Assembly (NCBI RefSeq): GCF_000284455.1
Contig: NC_017039.1
Span: forward strand, 1,800,001 to 1,832,000
Source: Synechocystis sp. PCC 6803 substr. PCC-P
GTDB taxonomy: Bacteria > Cyanobacteriota > Cyanobacteriia > Cyanobacteriales > Microcystaceae
DNA: 32,000 bases
Direction: 5' to 3'
Part shown: one piece after another, positions 15,883 through 23,980 of the stretch
Position numbering within the stretch: position 1 is the stretch's first letter
How the letters are laid out: each line of letters begins with the position of its first letter
Translations under genes and position numbers: made by a program
The notes under the pieces: generated by a model
The model's database searches: none
Seen by the model: the letters and a program-made list of their open reading frames with translations, nothing else
What the model was told of the DNA's origin: nothing

Positions 15883-17790
15883 TTAATTGAGCGGTTGGTT
15901 CAGGCGTTGACTTTCTAGCCGTTGAATTTCTTGGTGAGCTTTTTGCCACTGCTCTTGATAGTAACGAAAATCCTCCGCTTGGGTACGGGGATCTAACTGT
16001 TGCAGTTTACCAAAGCAATGCTTTTGATAACTTTCCCAAGGCACTTTTTCCATAATGGCGATCGCCTCTGGAATGCGCAGATTAGCTCGAAACAGATCTT
16101 CGGCACTGGTTTCCGTCAGTTGAAAAAGAGACTCAACGGAGTTAAAGTCTCCCTCTTGCTCCAGGTAAGCTAATTGCACTAGTAGGGGTAGCTGATTATC
16201 GGGGTCGGAATCCAAATTAAAATACTCCCGCACCTGGTCAATTTTTTGCCACAGTAAACGATGGTGAGCAAAGCTAAATAAAAGATCGTTTTCCGTCAAT
16301 ATTTGATCAATAGTTGGCCGTTCCTGGGGGCAATGGAGATATATTTTCAACAATAGAGCTTCCGCCTTCTCCAGCAGGCTACTGGTGGGATCCTTGGCCT
16401 GCCAATGCCTAGACCCATTTTTTCCAGGGCGATCGCCATAGGTCAGTTGACTAGAAAGATTATTAACTTGCAAACTAATTAAACGACTGTCTCCTTGACT
16501 CAAAATTTCTCCACATAACTGTAGATAGTAGGCCCGTTTATTTTGGTCTGTTAAACGTTTTAGAATGTCCACCATCCCCCTGGCTACCTGCTCAAAATCG
16601 AGGGGATCTTTGAGATTTTTTTGCTTGAGCAATTGTTGAATTTGCCAATCTACCCAGAGGGGAGCCTGCTTAACTAAAGTTTGGTAAATTTCTTTATTTT
16701 CAGCACTACTGTGGATAAACTCATCGGCATCTTTCCCCGCCGGTAGGTTCAAAATACGCAAATTAACTTGACCACTATAAACCAAAGGCTCAATTTCCTG
16801 GATCGCACGCTGGGTAGCATTAATACCAGCCTTATCGGCATCAAAATTAAAAATAATTTGCTTAGATTGACTAAACCGCATCAAACTTTGTACTTGGTCT
16901 CGACTTAAGGCGATTCCCAAGGCCGCCACAGTTTGCTTAATACCACTTTCGTGCAGAGCAATAACGTCAAAATAGCCCTCTACTAAAATTGCTTCATCTA
17001 CTTTTTGAATAGCAGTTTTGGCTTGGTCTAAACCAAATAAAGTCTTGCTTTTATGAAATAAAGGAGTCTCTGGAGAATTGAGGTATTTCGGCTCATCGTT
17101 TCCCAAGGTTCTACTGCCAAAAGCAATGGTTTTACCTTGAACATCCCGAATCGGAATCATCAAACGATGGCGAAATTGATCGTAATAACCAGTACCAGAT
17201 TGACGAGCCTTAATTAAGCCCGCCTGTTCCACTGCCGCCACAGGATAACGTTTTTGCTCCACCAAATAGCGGTAAAGAGTTTCCCAACCAGCTGGAGCAT
17301 AACCCAACTGAAATTCTTGGATCGTAGCTGAAGATAAACAACGTTTTTGATCCAAATAAGTTAGAGCTTCCTGTCCTTGGGGTTGAAAAAGAGTATGGTG
17401 ATAAAAACCGGCAGCCACAGCCATAATTTCATAGAGCTGTTCCCGCAGAGATAGTTGCCGTTGTAACTCCTGTTTTTGCGCCGGCTCTAGGGTTTGAATT
17501 TGGATTTGATAGCGACGGGCTAAATCTAAAGCCACATCTGTAAAGGAACGCTTACCCAGTTCCATTAAAAAATTAAAGGCATTGCCCCCAGCCCCACAAC
17601 CAAAGCAATAATACATTTGCTTGGCTGGACTGACACTAAAACTCGGTGACTTTTCATCGTGGAAAGGACATAGGCCAAGGTGATCCCGCCCCCTTTTCTT
17701 GAGCACGACATAATCGCCGATAATTTCGACAATGTCTATTCTTTGCTTAATTTCTTGGATGGTGTCTGGATGCAGACGGAGGTTATCCAT
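15883..17790 (-). CDS. dnaG: DNA primase
   Basis: 635 aa. Zinc-ribbon CPFHDEKSPSFSVSPAKQMYYCFGCGAGG, RNA-polymerase core, TOPRIM ILVEGYFDVIAL and FDADKAG. RBS AAGGAGAG lies upstream of the ATG at 17790. Confidence 0.95.
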   Translation of the reverse strand: MDNLRLHPDTIQEIKQRIDIVEIIGDYVVLKKRGRDHLGLCPFHDEKSPSFSVSPAKQMYYCFGCGAGGNAFNFLMELGKRSFTDVALDLARRYQIQIQTLEPAQKQELQRQLSLREQLYEIMAVAAGFYHHTLFQPQGQEALTYLDQKRCLSSATIQEFQLGYAPAGWETLYRYLVEQKRYPVAAVEQAGLIKARQSGTGYYDQFRHRLMIPIRDVQGKTIAFGSRTLGNDEPKYLNSPETPLFHKSKTLFGLDQAKTAIQKVDEAILVEGYFDVIALHESGIKQTVAALGIALSRDQVQSLMRFSQSKQIIFNFDADKAGINATQRAIQEIEPLVYSGQVNLRILNLPAGKDADEFIHSSAENKEIYQTLVKQAPLWVDWQIQQLLKQKNLKDPLDFEQVARGMVDILKRLTDQNKRAYYLQLCGEILSQGDSRLISLQVNNLSSQLTYGDRPGKNGSRHWQAKDPTSSLLEKAEALLLKIYLHCPQERPTIDQILTENDLLFSFAHHRLLWQKIDQVREYFNLDSDPDNQLPLLVQLAYLEQEGDFNSVESLFQLTETSAEDLFRANLRIPEAIAIMEKVPWESYQKHCFGKLQQLDPRTQAEDFRYYQEQWQKAHQEIQRLESQRLNQPLN

Positions 17791-17876
17791 GATAAATCAA
17801 CCTACTCTCCTTCTAAGAGTGACGATGGGGAGAGATACTTGTCAACTTAAGCTCTACTCAAGCATGGTCAACCAGC

Positions 17877-17905
17877 AAAAAGCACCCCCCGGTGAAGGAG
17901 AGTGC
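17877..17905 (-). terminator. Rho-independent terminator of psbA
   Basis: On the minus-strand RNA, GCACUCUCC-UUCACC-GGGGGGUGC is a 9-bp stem (2 G.U) followed by UUUUUGCUGG. It begins 37 nt below the psbA stop codon. Confidence 0.7.
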
Positions 17906-17942
17906 AATTTGCAGATTATTCAGTTGGCATTACACCAAGGAA

Positions 17943-19025
17943 TTAACCGTTGACAGCAGGAGCGGTCAAAGCCACAGGAGCTTGCTCCCCAGACGCTAAG
18001 TCGAGGGGGAAGTTGTGGGCATTGCGTTCGTGCATTACTTCAAAACCGATGTTGGCGCGGTTCAATACATCAGCCCAGGTGCCGATTACACGGCCTTGGC
18101 TATCCAAGATGGACTGGTTGAAGTTGAAACCGTTCAGGTTGAACGCCATGGTGCTTACACCCATAGCAGTGAACCAGATGCCGATTACAGGCCAAGCACC
18201 CAAGAAGAAGTGCAAGGAACGGCTGTTGTTGAAAGAAGCATATTGGAAGATCAACCGACCAAAGTAGCCGTGGGCGGCAACGATGTTGTAGGTTTCTTCT
18301 TCTTGACCGAATTTGTAACCGTAGTTCTGGGATTCAACTTCGGTGGTTTCACGCACCAAGGAGGAGGTTACCAAGGAACCGTGCATGGCGGAGAACAAGC
18401 TACCACCGAATACACCAGCCACACCTAACATGTGGAAGGGGTGCATCAGGATGTTGTGCTCAGCTTGGAACACGATCATGAAGTTGAAGGTACCAGAAAT
18501 ACCCAAGGGCATACCATCAGAGAAGGAGCCTTGACCAATGGGGTAGATCAAGAATACAGCGGTGGCAGCGGATACGGGGGCAGAGTAAGCCACACAAATC
18601 CAAGGACGCATACCTAAGCGGTAGGAAAGTTCCCACTGACGACCCATGTAGCAGAAAATGCCGATGAGGAAGTGGAATACTACCAACTGGTAAGGACCAC
18701 CGTTGTACAACCACTCATCTAAGGAAGCGGCTTCCCAGATGGGGTAGAAGTGCAAACCGATAGCGTTGGAAGAAGGTACAACAGCACCAGAGATGATGTT
18801 GTTACCGTAGAGCAAGGAACCAGCAACGGGCTCACGGATACCGTCGATGTCAACGGGGGGAGCGGCGATGAAGGCAATGATGAAGCAAGTGGTGGCAGTT
18901 AAGAGGGTGGGGATCATCAAGGTACCGAACCAACCGACATAAATCCGGTTGTTGGTAGAGGTCACCCACTGACAAAACTGTTCCCACAATGAAGCGCTTT
19001 CGCGCTGTTGGAGAGTCGTTGTCAT
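17943..19025 (-). CDS. psbA: Photosystem II reaction-centre protein D1 (standard form)
   Basis: 360 aa from ATG 19025 ([20 protein letters not shown]...). The track start at 19076 adds 17 non-D1 residues. C-terminal extension after ...NFPLDLA ([16 protein letters not shown]). By my count, positions 80/130/158/286 are G/Q/F/T, i.e. the ordinary D1 and not the low-O2 D1' variant. The neighbours (dnaG downstream, YrdC-family gene upstream) match the psbA3 locus as I remember it. Confidence 0.98.
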   Translation of the reverse strand: MTTTLQQRESASLWEQFCQWVTSTNNRIYVGWFGTLMIPTLLTATTCFIIAFIAAPPVDIDGIREPVAGSLLYGNNIISGAVVPSSNAIGLHFYPIWEAASLDEWLYNGGPYQLVVFHFLIGIFCYMGRQWELSYRLGMRPWICVAYSAPVSAATAVFLIYPIGQGSFSDGMPLGISGTFNFMIVFQAEHNILMHPFHMLGVAGVFGGSLFSAMHGSLVTSSLVRETTEVESQNYGYKFGQEEETYNIVAAHGYFGRLIFQYASFNNSRSLHFFLGAWPVIGIWFTAMGVSTMAFNLNGFNFNQSILDSQGRVIGTWADVLNRANIGFEVMHERNAHNFPLDLASGEQAPVALTAPAVNG

Positions 19026-19119
19026 TTGGTTATAATTCCTTATGTATTTGTCAATGTTCAAAGGATTTGGCCTCAAGCTCAGAGATTTCTTTGCTTGGGA
19101 GCCGGTTATGTATATGAGT

Positions 19120-19148
19120 AATATAACAAGATTGTAACAATTTGTAAA
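19120..19148 (-). promoter_or_regulatory. psbA promoter: -35 TTTACA (19143-19148), 17-bp spacer, -10 TATATT (19120-19125)
   Basis: The minus strand reads TTTACA-aattgttacaatcttgt-TATATT. The predicted TSS near 19113 gives a 5' UTR of about 88 nt, consistent with what I recall for psbA3. Confidence 0.65.
19131..19148 (-). promoter_or_regulatory. HLR1 (high-light regulatory 1) direct repeat, putative RpaB-type binding site overlapping the -35
   Basis: The minus strand reads TTTACAAA-TT-GTTACAAT. This fits the published HLR1 consensus (G/T)TTACA(T/A)(T/A)-NN-(G/T)TTACA(T/A)(T/A) exactly. Confidence 0.6.
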
Positions 19149-19158
19149 TAGCTTGCTG

Positions 19159-19188
19159 AAAAAAATCTGTCTAGCCGGTGGTTGCTAG
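19159..19188 (-). terminator. Possible weak terminator of the YrdC-family gene, immediately upstream of the psbA promoter
   Basis: The minus-strand RNA reads CUAGC-aaccaccg-GCUAG-acaga-UUUUUUU. The stem is short (5 bp) and a 5-nt spacer precedes the U7 run. Confidence 0.35.
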
Positions 19189-19265
19189 GGGTTGCCGATC
19201 GCCATTAGAGGGGTGATTGATTCCGTTGGGGCTTCAGTCTGTGGTGGTGGGGAGATGGAAAGCCA

Positions 19266-19865
19266 CTAATCCTGCAACACAACTTCCCCTTGGCGCAGAA
19301 TTTGGAAGATTTCCTTTGCTCCGTCCCATTGGGCAACGGTGGACGGTAGACCTTTGCCAATTGGCCCCTGTTGCTCCAGGCTGAGGCAATCTAGACAATG
19401 AACGGCAGGGAAAGTTTCGGCAATATCGGCCAACTTTTCCAGGGGGGGCTGTCCCGACAAATTAGCACTGGTGGTGGCCAGGGGTCCCGTTTGCAGCAAA
19501 ATTTCTAGGGAGATCGCCTGGCGGGGAATGCGAACCCCAATGGTCTGGTCTTGACGGGGATTGATTTCCGGGGGCAACTTTTCGCTGCACGGCAGTACCA
19601 AAGTTAGGGCACCGGGCCAATATTCTGCCATTACTGCCTGCCACAGTTGCTTTTCCCGCTGACTACCTGCCAGGTAAGGGAGAATTTGTTCTACGGTTGC
19701 CGCCATCAAAATTAATGGTTTACTAGCTTCCCGTTGTTTAAGCTCGTAAATTAAAGCTGAGTTTTCTGGACGCACCGCCAAAGCCGGCACTGTATCCGTG
19801 GGAAAACTGACGACCCGATGGGCGATCGCCGCTGAGACTAAATCCGATTGACTAACTAGGGGCAC
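19266..19865 (-). CDS. tsaC: L-threonylcarbamoyladenylate synthase, YrdC/Sua5 family (short TsaC type)
   Basis: 199 aa. YrdC-domain motifs FPTDTVPALAV, KQREASKPLILMAA, ATTSANLSG. GTG start at 19865. Confidence 0.8.
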   Translation of the reverse strand: MPLVSQSDLVSAAIAHRVVSFPTDTVPALAVRPENSALIYELKQREASKPLILMAATVEQILPYLAGSQREKQLWQAVMAEYWPGALTLVLPCSEKLPPEINPRQDQTIGVRIPRQAISLEILLQTGPLATTSANLSGQPPLEKLADIAETFPAVHCLDCLSLEQQGPIGKGLPSTVAQWDGAKEIFQILRQGEVVLQD

Positions 19866-19916
19866 GGTTAAGTCCGACTCATAAAATTCAAAATTATTAT
19901 TACCAGCGGAATATGT

Positions 19917-20642
19917 TCACCGTCCCGGTAAGCCCACATACCAGAAGTAAGTCACCATGGGAATTAGGGTTGCCAACGCCAACAGCACCACTACCCAAAC
20001 GGTGGCACTGGTATCGTCGGTTTCTTCCGCTGTAGTGAAAGTTCCTTCCAAACTAATTTCTTCCAGGGCTGGAGGACCCGGGTCCGGTTGTCCAGCTAAA
20101 ATTGCGCCCAAACGTTTGTCAGCTTCAATCAACGCTTGGTTATACTTTGCCCCATCCTTGAGGGGAACAGCTAGGGTTTCCCGCAGTAAACTATCCACCA
20201 TCTCATCGGTCAATAGGGACTCTGCCGTTTCTCCCCGACGCAAAGCAGTGCTGTTGGTGAGGGTATCTAGCACCAATAGGGTTTGATTGCTCTGGCTGGC
20301 TTCATCGGGATACCAACGCTCGAACAGATCATTAACAAAGCCGTCAATGGTGGCATCAAAATCTAAGCGGCGGATAACTACAAACCGGGCTTCTTGCCCA
20401 CTGGACTGGGCTAATTTTTTTAGATCGCTATTGAGTCTGTTTTCATTGGCCAGGCTGATGGCCTCTGCTTGATCCACCAGGAAGGTCTTAGAGCCAGGGG
20501 ACAAAATTGGCAGGTCATAAACCCCAGTGGCCAGGGAAGGGGCGGGGCTTAGCCCCAAAAGTACTAGGGTTAAAAACAAAAAACTGAGCAAACGTTTACA
20601 AAAAATACTCAGATTGAAGGGATGGTGAGGGGCGACAGTCAT
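19917..20642 (-). CDS. TPM-domain protein with signal peptide and C-terminal TM anchor (TLP18.3/Psb32-like)
   Basis: ATG at 20642 (MTVAPHH...) is preferred over GTG 20666. Signal-like LLSFLFLTLVLLGLSPAPSLA. TPM-like core (VYDLP..., FLVDQAEAIS, VVIRRLD). C-terminal helix VWVVVLLALATLIPMVTYFWY. The Psb32 assignment is by architecture only. Confidence 0.65.
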   Translation of the reverse strand: MTVAPHHPFNLSIFCKRLLSFLFLTLVLLGLSPAPSLATGVYDLPILSPGSKTFLVDQAEAISLANENRLNSDLKKLAQSSGQEARFVVIRRLDFDATIDGFVNDLFERWYPDEASQSNQTLLVLDTLTNSTALRRGETAESLLTDEMVDSLLRETLAVPLKDGAKYNQALIEADKRLGAILAGQPDPGPPALEEISLEGTFTTAEETDDTSATVWVVVLLALATLIPMVTYFWYVGLPGR

Positions 20643-20851
20643 GGGCAATTGCCGGTGAAACTCCACCCTTCAGCTTACCAAAAACAGGTCAAAGACAAAT
20701 GTTGAGCGGAACAACGGCTATTTCTTAAGATTGGCTCTGACTCAGGTTTGGGGACCATGGCATATATCTACTATCCAGTATCCAGTGGAAAGAAGCAAAA
20801 TAAACCCTTTCTAATACCAAAATGATAGTGGGAATAACTGAGTGATTTTGG

Positions 20852-21064
20852 CTAAAAACTTAACTTAAGGGCATTAACGGGGACATCATCCCAGGAATTA
20901 ACCATGCGGAGTTGCGCTGTCCATCCCTCTGCTTTTTGGGCAGGAGTCAGATTGTCTTGCCAAGAACGATGGCAATCCTGGGCGGCGTCTTCGTCCAGAC
21001 AAGCAATGCAAGCATAGACAATGCCTGCGGGATCTAGTTGTTCATTGACCCAAATTTTTTCCAT
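20852..21064 (-). CDS. Small hypothetical protein (70 aa from the ATG; 78 aa from the TTG at 21088)
   Basis: ORF directly after the 188-aa gene. The TTG at 21088 would overlap that gene's stop (21082-21084). Contains C-x2-C ... C-H (ACIACLDEDAAQDCH). No family recognised. Confidence 0.45.
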   Translation of the reverse strand: MEKIWVNEQLDPAGIVYACIACLDEDAAQDCHRSWQDNLTPAQKAEGWTAQLRMVNSWDDVPVNALKLSF

Positions 21065-21081
21065 GAAGTGTTTTTCCTTGA

Positions 21082-21648
21082 CTAACAAAGACCATCGACG
21101 ATGGCCCTCAATCTAAGACTATCAAAAGTCTTGACTTCTGGACTTTTCGGCGGCAATACCCGAAGTAAAGTTTCAAGCTGGGCTGTGACCGACGTCATGG
21201 TGTAGGGGTCATCGGGATGGGGGGGGTTGCCGGGAATTTCAAAATGGGGGCGTTCACCATAGATTTGTCCCCAGCGAAAATCCGCTTGACGCACAATTTC
21301 TGTCAACAGGGCAGAATTATCTAGCACCTGCTCCACCATGGTGGTCAAGGCTATTAGGGGAAGCTCCAAATGTTTGCTAATTAAGGCGTCTGCTTCGTCA
21401 ATGCGGGTTTGTAACACCAACAATAATGCCCCTTCAGAGTCCTGCAAATGATCGTTGACAAACAATTTCAGCTCTGTCTTTCGCTGTATTAACTTAGGTA
21501 CGGGGGACTCTCCTTTGAGAAAATCTCCCCCCGCCTGGCCAATCACATCTACCAAGGTTCTTTCCCGACCGGCGATCGCCTCTAGAAAAATCTGTCGGTC
21601 CCGGTCTGATGTCGATGCCGACTCCGGGGAATGGGGTAAATCCGTCAT
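21082..21648 (-). CDS. Hypothetical protein (188 aa), no recognisable motif
   Basis: Long ORF with an ATG at 21648 (MTDLPHS), 45 nt downstream of the usp stop on the same strand. It contains a HIP1 site and has host-like composition. Confidence 0.6.
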   Translation of the reverse strand: MTDLPHSPESASTSDRDRQIFLEAIAGRERTLVDVIGQAGGDFLKGESPVPKLIQRKTELKLFVNDHLQDSEGALLLVLQTRIDEADALISKHLELPLIALTTMVEQVLDNSALLTEIVRQADFRWGQIYGERPHFEIPGNPPHPDDPYTMTSVTAQLETLLRVLPPKSPEVKTFDSLRLRAIVDGLC

Positions 21649-21693
21649 CAAAAAATAGGGAAATTTAAGCGGGGGCGAGGATAATCCGGCTAG

Positions 21694-22158
21694 CTAATGT
21701 TGGACAATCAAAACCGAGCATTGCACGTGGTGAATGACATAACTGCTAACACTGCCCAAAAATACCTCTGCCAAACCCTTGAGCCCCCGGCGACCAAGCA
21801 CTACCAAATCAGCATCCCAATTTTTGGCCATGTCACGGATCCAGCGCCCTGGTTCCCCGACTTTTACATCCCACTCACATGCCACCCCATCCTCCTGCAC
21901 CTGTTGGACAATGGATTGCAGCCACTCCCGGGCTTCCGTTTGTTGTTCTTCCAAATGTTCTTTAATTATCTGGGAAAAGCCAATGGCCGCCTCCCCATAA
22001 AAGCTGGGGTAAATACTCAAATCCTGACTGTCCACTGGAATACAGTAGAACACCATCAACTGGGAGGATTCTTTCTGGCCTAGGGCGATCGCCTGCTGTA
22101 GAACTTCCTTGGCCAATTCAGAACGGTCTAAGGCAACTAAAATCTTTCCGTAGCCCAT
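21694..22158 (-). CDS. Universal stress protein (UspA family)
   Basis: ATG 22158 is preceded by AGGAG (track start 22194 rejected). KILVALDRSE, DLVVLGRRG, GSVSSYVIHHVQCSVLIV are typical Usp ATP-binding-type motifs. Confidence 0.85.
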   Translation of the reverse strand: MGYGKILVALDRSELAKEVLQQAIALGQKESSQLMVFYCIPVDSQDLSIYPSFYGEAAIGFSQIIKEHLEEQQTEAREWLQSIVQQVQEDGVACEWDVKVGEPGRWIRDMAKNWDADLVVLGRRGLKGLAEVFLGSVSSYVIHHVQCSVLIVQH

Positions 22159-22393
22159 GGTGGAAACTCCTGCCCCATATCTGTGGCCTAGCAAAACACG
22201 AGTGCGTCAAACTCACCTTGATGCTTCTAATTCTAGCCTCTGTAGATAGCCGAATCTTTGGTTTGGTCCTGGGAAATTCATAGTCCCCTGTGCTCAGGCC
22301 GGAAAGCTAAAGTCTACAACTCCATAGCTATAAAAAAACTGGGCCCAGCTAGGGAGCCCAGCCCGATGATAATAATCGGCGTGATGCAAAAAA

Positions 22394-22467
22394 CGGGCTT
22401 GGAGGGACTCGAACCCCCGACCTCGTGGTCCGTAGCCACGCGCTCTAATCCACTAAGCTACAAGCCC
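22394..22467 (-). tRNA. tRNA-Arg (anticodon ACG)
   Basis: The reverse complement folds as a cloverleaf: acceptor GGGCTTG/CAAGCCC, anticodon stem CGTGG/CCACG with loop CTACGGA, T-arm GGGGG-TTCGAGT-CCCTC, discriminator G. CCA is not encoded. Confidence 0.9.
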
Positions 22468-22597
22468 CAGTCGTTTACCTGACGATTTATAACACTATCA
22501 CAGTGGTCGAAACTTCCGCAAGCTTTTTGCATGGGAAGCACTGGGGGAATTTTTGGTAGGATAGCAAAGATAATAAATAACCCTTTGGAGAAAACCC

Positions 22598-22714
22598 GTG
22601 ATCGAACCCCTATTGCTCGGCATTGTACTTGGACTAATTCCTGTAACCCTAGCAGGGCTGTTTGTGGCGGCCTACCTGCAGTATAAGCGGGGCAACCAGT
22701 TCAACTTGGATTAG
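22598..22714 (+). CDS. petG: Cytochrome b6f complex subunit 5 (PetG), 38 aa
   Basis: GTG start with GGAG 8 nt upstream. Translation (M)[37 protein letters not shown] matches the conserved PetG sequence. Below the ORF-track length cutoff. Confidence 0.9.
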   Translation: MIEPLLLGIVLGLIPVTLAGLFVAAYLQYKRGNQFNLD

Positions 22715-22786
22715 GGAACCTCCGTCATCGGTCATTTTCCTAAAATAAATACTTTCTCACTTTGACCAAGATTTGGTGCAGGAAAA

Positions 22787-22814
22787 CCCCAATTTCAGCA
22801 GTAGCGAGTTGGGG
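22787..22814. terminator. Bidirectional terminator hairpin between convergent petG and the phosphatase gene
   Basis: CCCCAA (22787-22792) and TTGGGG (22809-22814) pair. On the plus strand the hairpin is followed by CUCAAUUUU, on the minus strand by UUUUCC. It is nested inside a second 10-bp inverted repeat, TTTGACCAAG (22761-22770) / CTTGGTCAAA (22831-22840). Confidence 0.5.
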
Positions 22815-22995
22815 CTCAATTTTGATTGGCCTTGGTCAAAAAAGAATCGGCTAATTTTTTGGGTCTCCACCATAGGTCGTTTCTAGCTGGCTGCGGCTGA
22901 GTGCTTCATGGACAATATCCGCCAATAACGGGGGACTTTCACTCAGTTTCCCAAAAAAATTGGGGGCCAGGGGGCTTTTAAAACAGGCTCTCAGG

Positions 22996-23760
22996 CTACC
23001 CCAGCAGACCTCTTTTTTTCCCTTTCTGCCGGGAACGATGCAAGTTCTGGGGCGGCAGGGGAACCACTGCGTCTTCCAGGGGCAAACGGCGGACTTCATT
23101 GGTGAAGATATGGGCTTGATACACTTCTTGGTTATTTAGTTCTAGGGCAGTGAGCCAGCCACTTTTGGGATGATAGGCCCCAGTGTCAATATCCAACCAA
23201 CCGGGGCCCGACACTAACTTACCCGGCTCCACGTTGGCAAAGGTGAACGTTATGGTGTGGCCGGTGATAATTAACTTGTTGGCAAAGTAGGGATAGGGGT
23301 AGCGATGGAACTCATCCCGGATCCAACAGAATTGGGCTTCTCCCTGCTCTTCGATAGGGAGGCGGGGATCTACCCCAGCGTGGACTAACCAAACATCCCC
23401 CAGGTCAAGATAGAGGGGTAAGTTGCGCATCCAGTCCACATGGCTTTGGGGAATCTGGTGCTCATAACTTTCTAGGGTTGATTTGCCGCCGCTATAAATC
23501 CAAGCATGTAGTAGTTGGGGAGAAAAGTTAAAGCCCCCCACCGCATCCAACATCATTTGTTCATGGTTACCCAACAGGCAATGGTACTTGTTCTCCATGA
23601 CAAAATCCACCACTTTGGCGCTTTCTGGACCTCGGTCGATCAGGTCACCGACGAAGTAAACCCCATCTCTTTCATTGGGGGCGATCGCCTCGAACAAAGC
23701 AGTAAGGGCGTCGAAATGGCCGTGGACATCACCAAAGACAATGCGTCGAGGATTGGGCAT
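22996..23760 (-). CDS. Ser/Thr protein phosphatase, PPP/metallophosphoesterase family
   Basis: 254 aa. Canonical GDVHGH, GDLIDRGP, GNHE motifs, plus VHAG and GHT. Confidence 0.85.
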   Translation of the reverse strand: MPNPRRIVFGDVHGHFDALTALFEAIAPNERDGVYFVGDLIDRGPESAKVVDFVMENKYHCLLGNHEQMMLDAVGGFNFSPQLLHAWIYSGGKSTLESYEHQIPQSHVDWMRNLPLYLDLGDVWLVHAGVDPRLPIEEQGEAQFCWIRDEFHRYPYPYFANKLIITGHTITFTFANVEPGKLVSGPGWLDIDTGAYHPKSGWLTALELNNQEVYQAHIFTNEVRRLPLEDAVVPLPPQNLHRSRQKGKKRGLLG

Positions 23761-23980
23761 GGATCAAGCGAGCCGGGGCAGGGGGAAATTTGCAGGACAG
23801 TCTATAACAATGGCAGACATAAAACCGCCAACAGTTGGGAAAAGGATGGATGGATTAACTAACTTGGATCGATTCCCTAGTCCAATATAGTCCAAGGGCT
23901 AGGTAATGGATTTTTTCCTAGCTTTAGTGGGGTTGGTCAGCCCGAACTCTCGGCCGGCTTGAGAGTGGTTTTAGCACTTT

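Noticed and set aside
17950-18617. Five plus-strand ORFs (61-137 aa) antisense to psbA
   Set aside because: These are shadow frames opposite a highly codon-biased, unmistakable D1 gene. They have no start context or recognisable protein features.
20772-20785. Short tandem duplications: TATCCAG x2 (20772-20785), and AAGGTAAT x2 near 7828-7843
   Set aside because: Two-copy 7-8-nt repeats in spacers are expected by chance, and no associated structure or motif was found.
22258-22482. 74-aa plus-strand ORF
   Set aside because: Its 3' third is simply the antisense of tRNA-Arg (22394-22467). No RBS, and implausible as a gene.
22851-23099. 82-aa minus-strand ORF overlapping the 3' end of the phosphatase gene. 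I considered a frameshifted extension or an extra small gene.
   Set aside because: The phosphatase is already full length with all PPP motifs. The non-overlapping part of this ORF has no ATG/GTG start with an RBS, only a TTG giving 24 aa.
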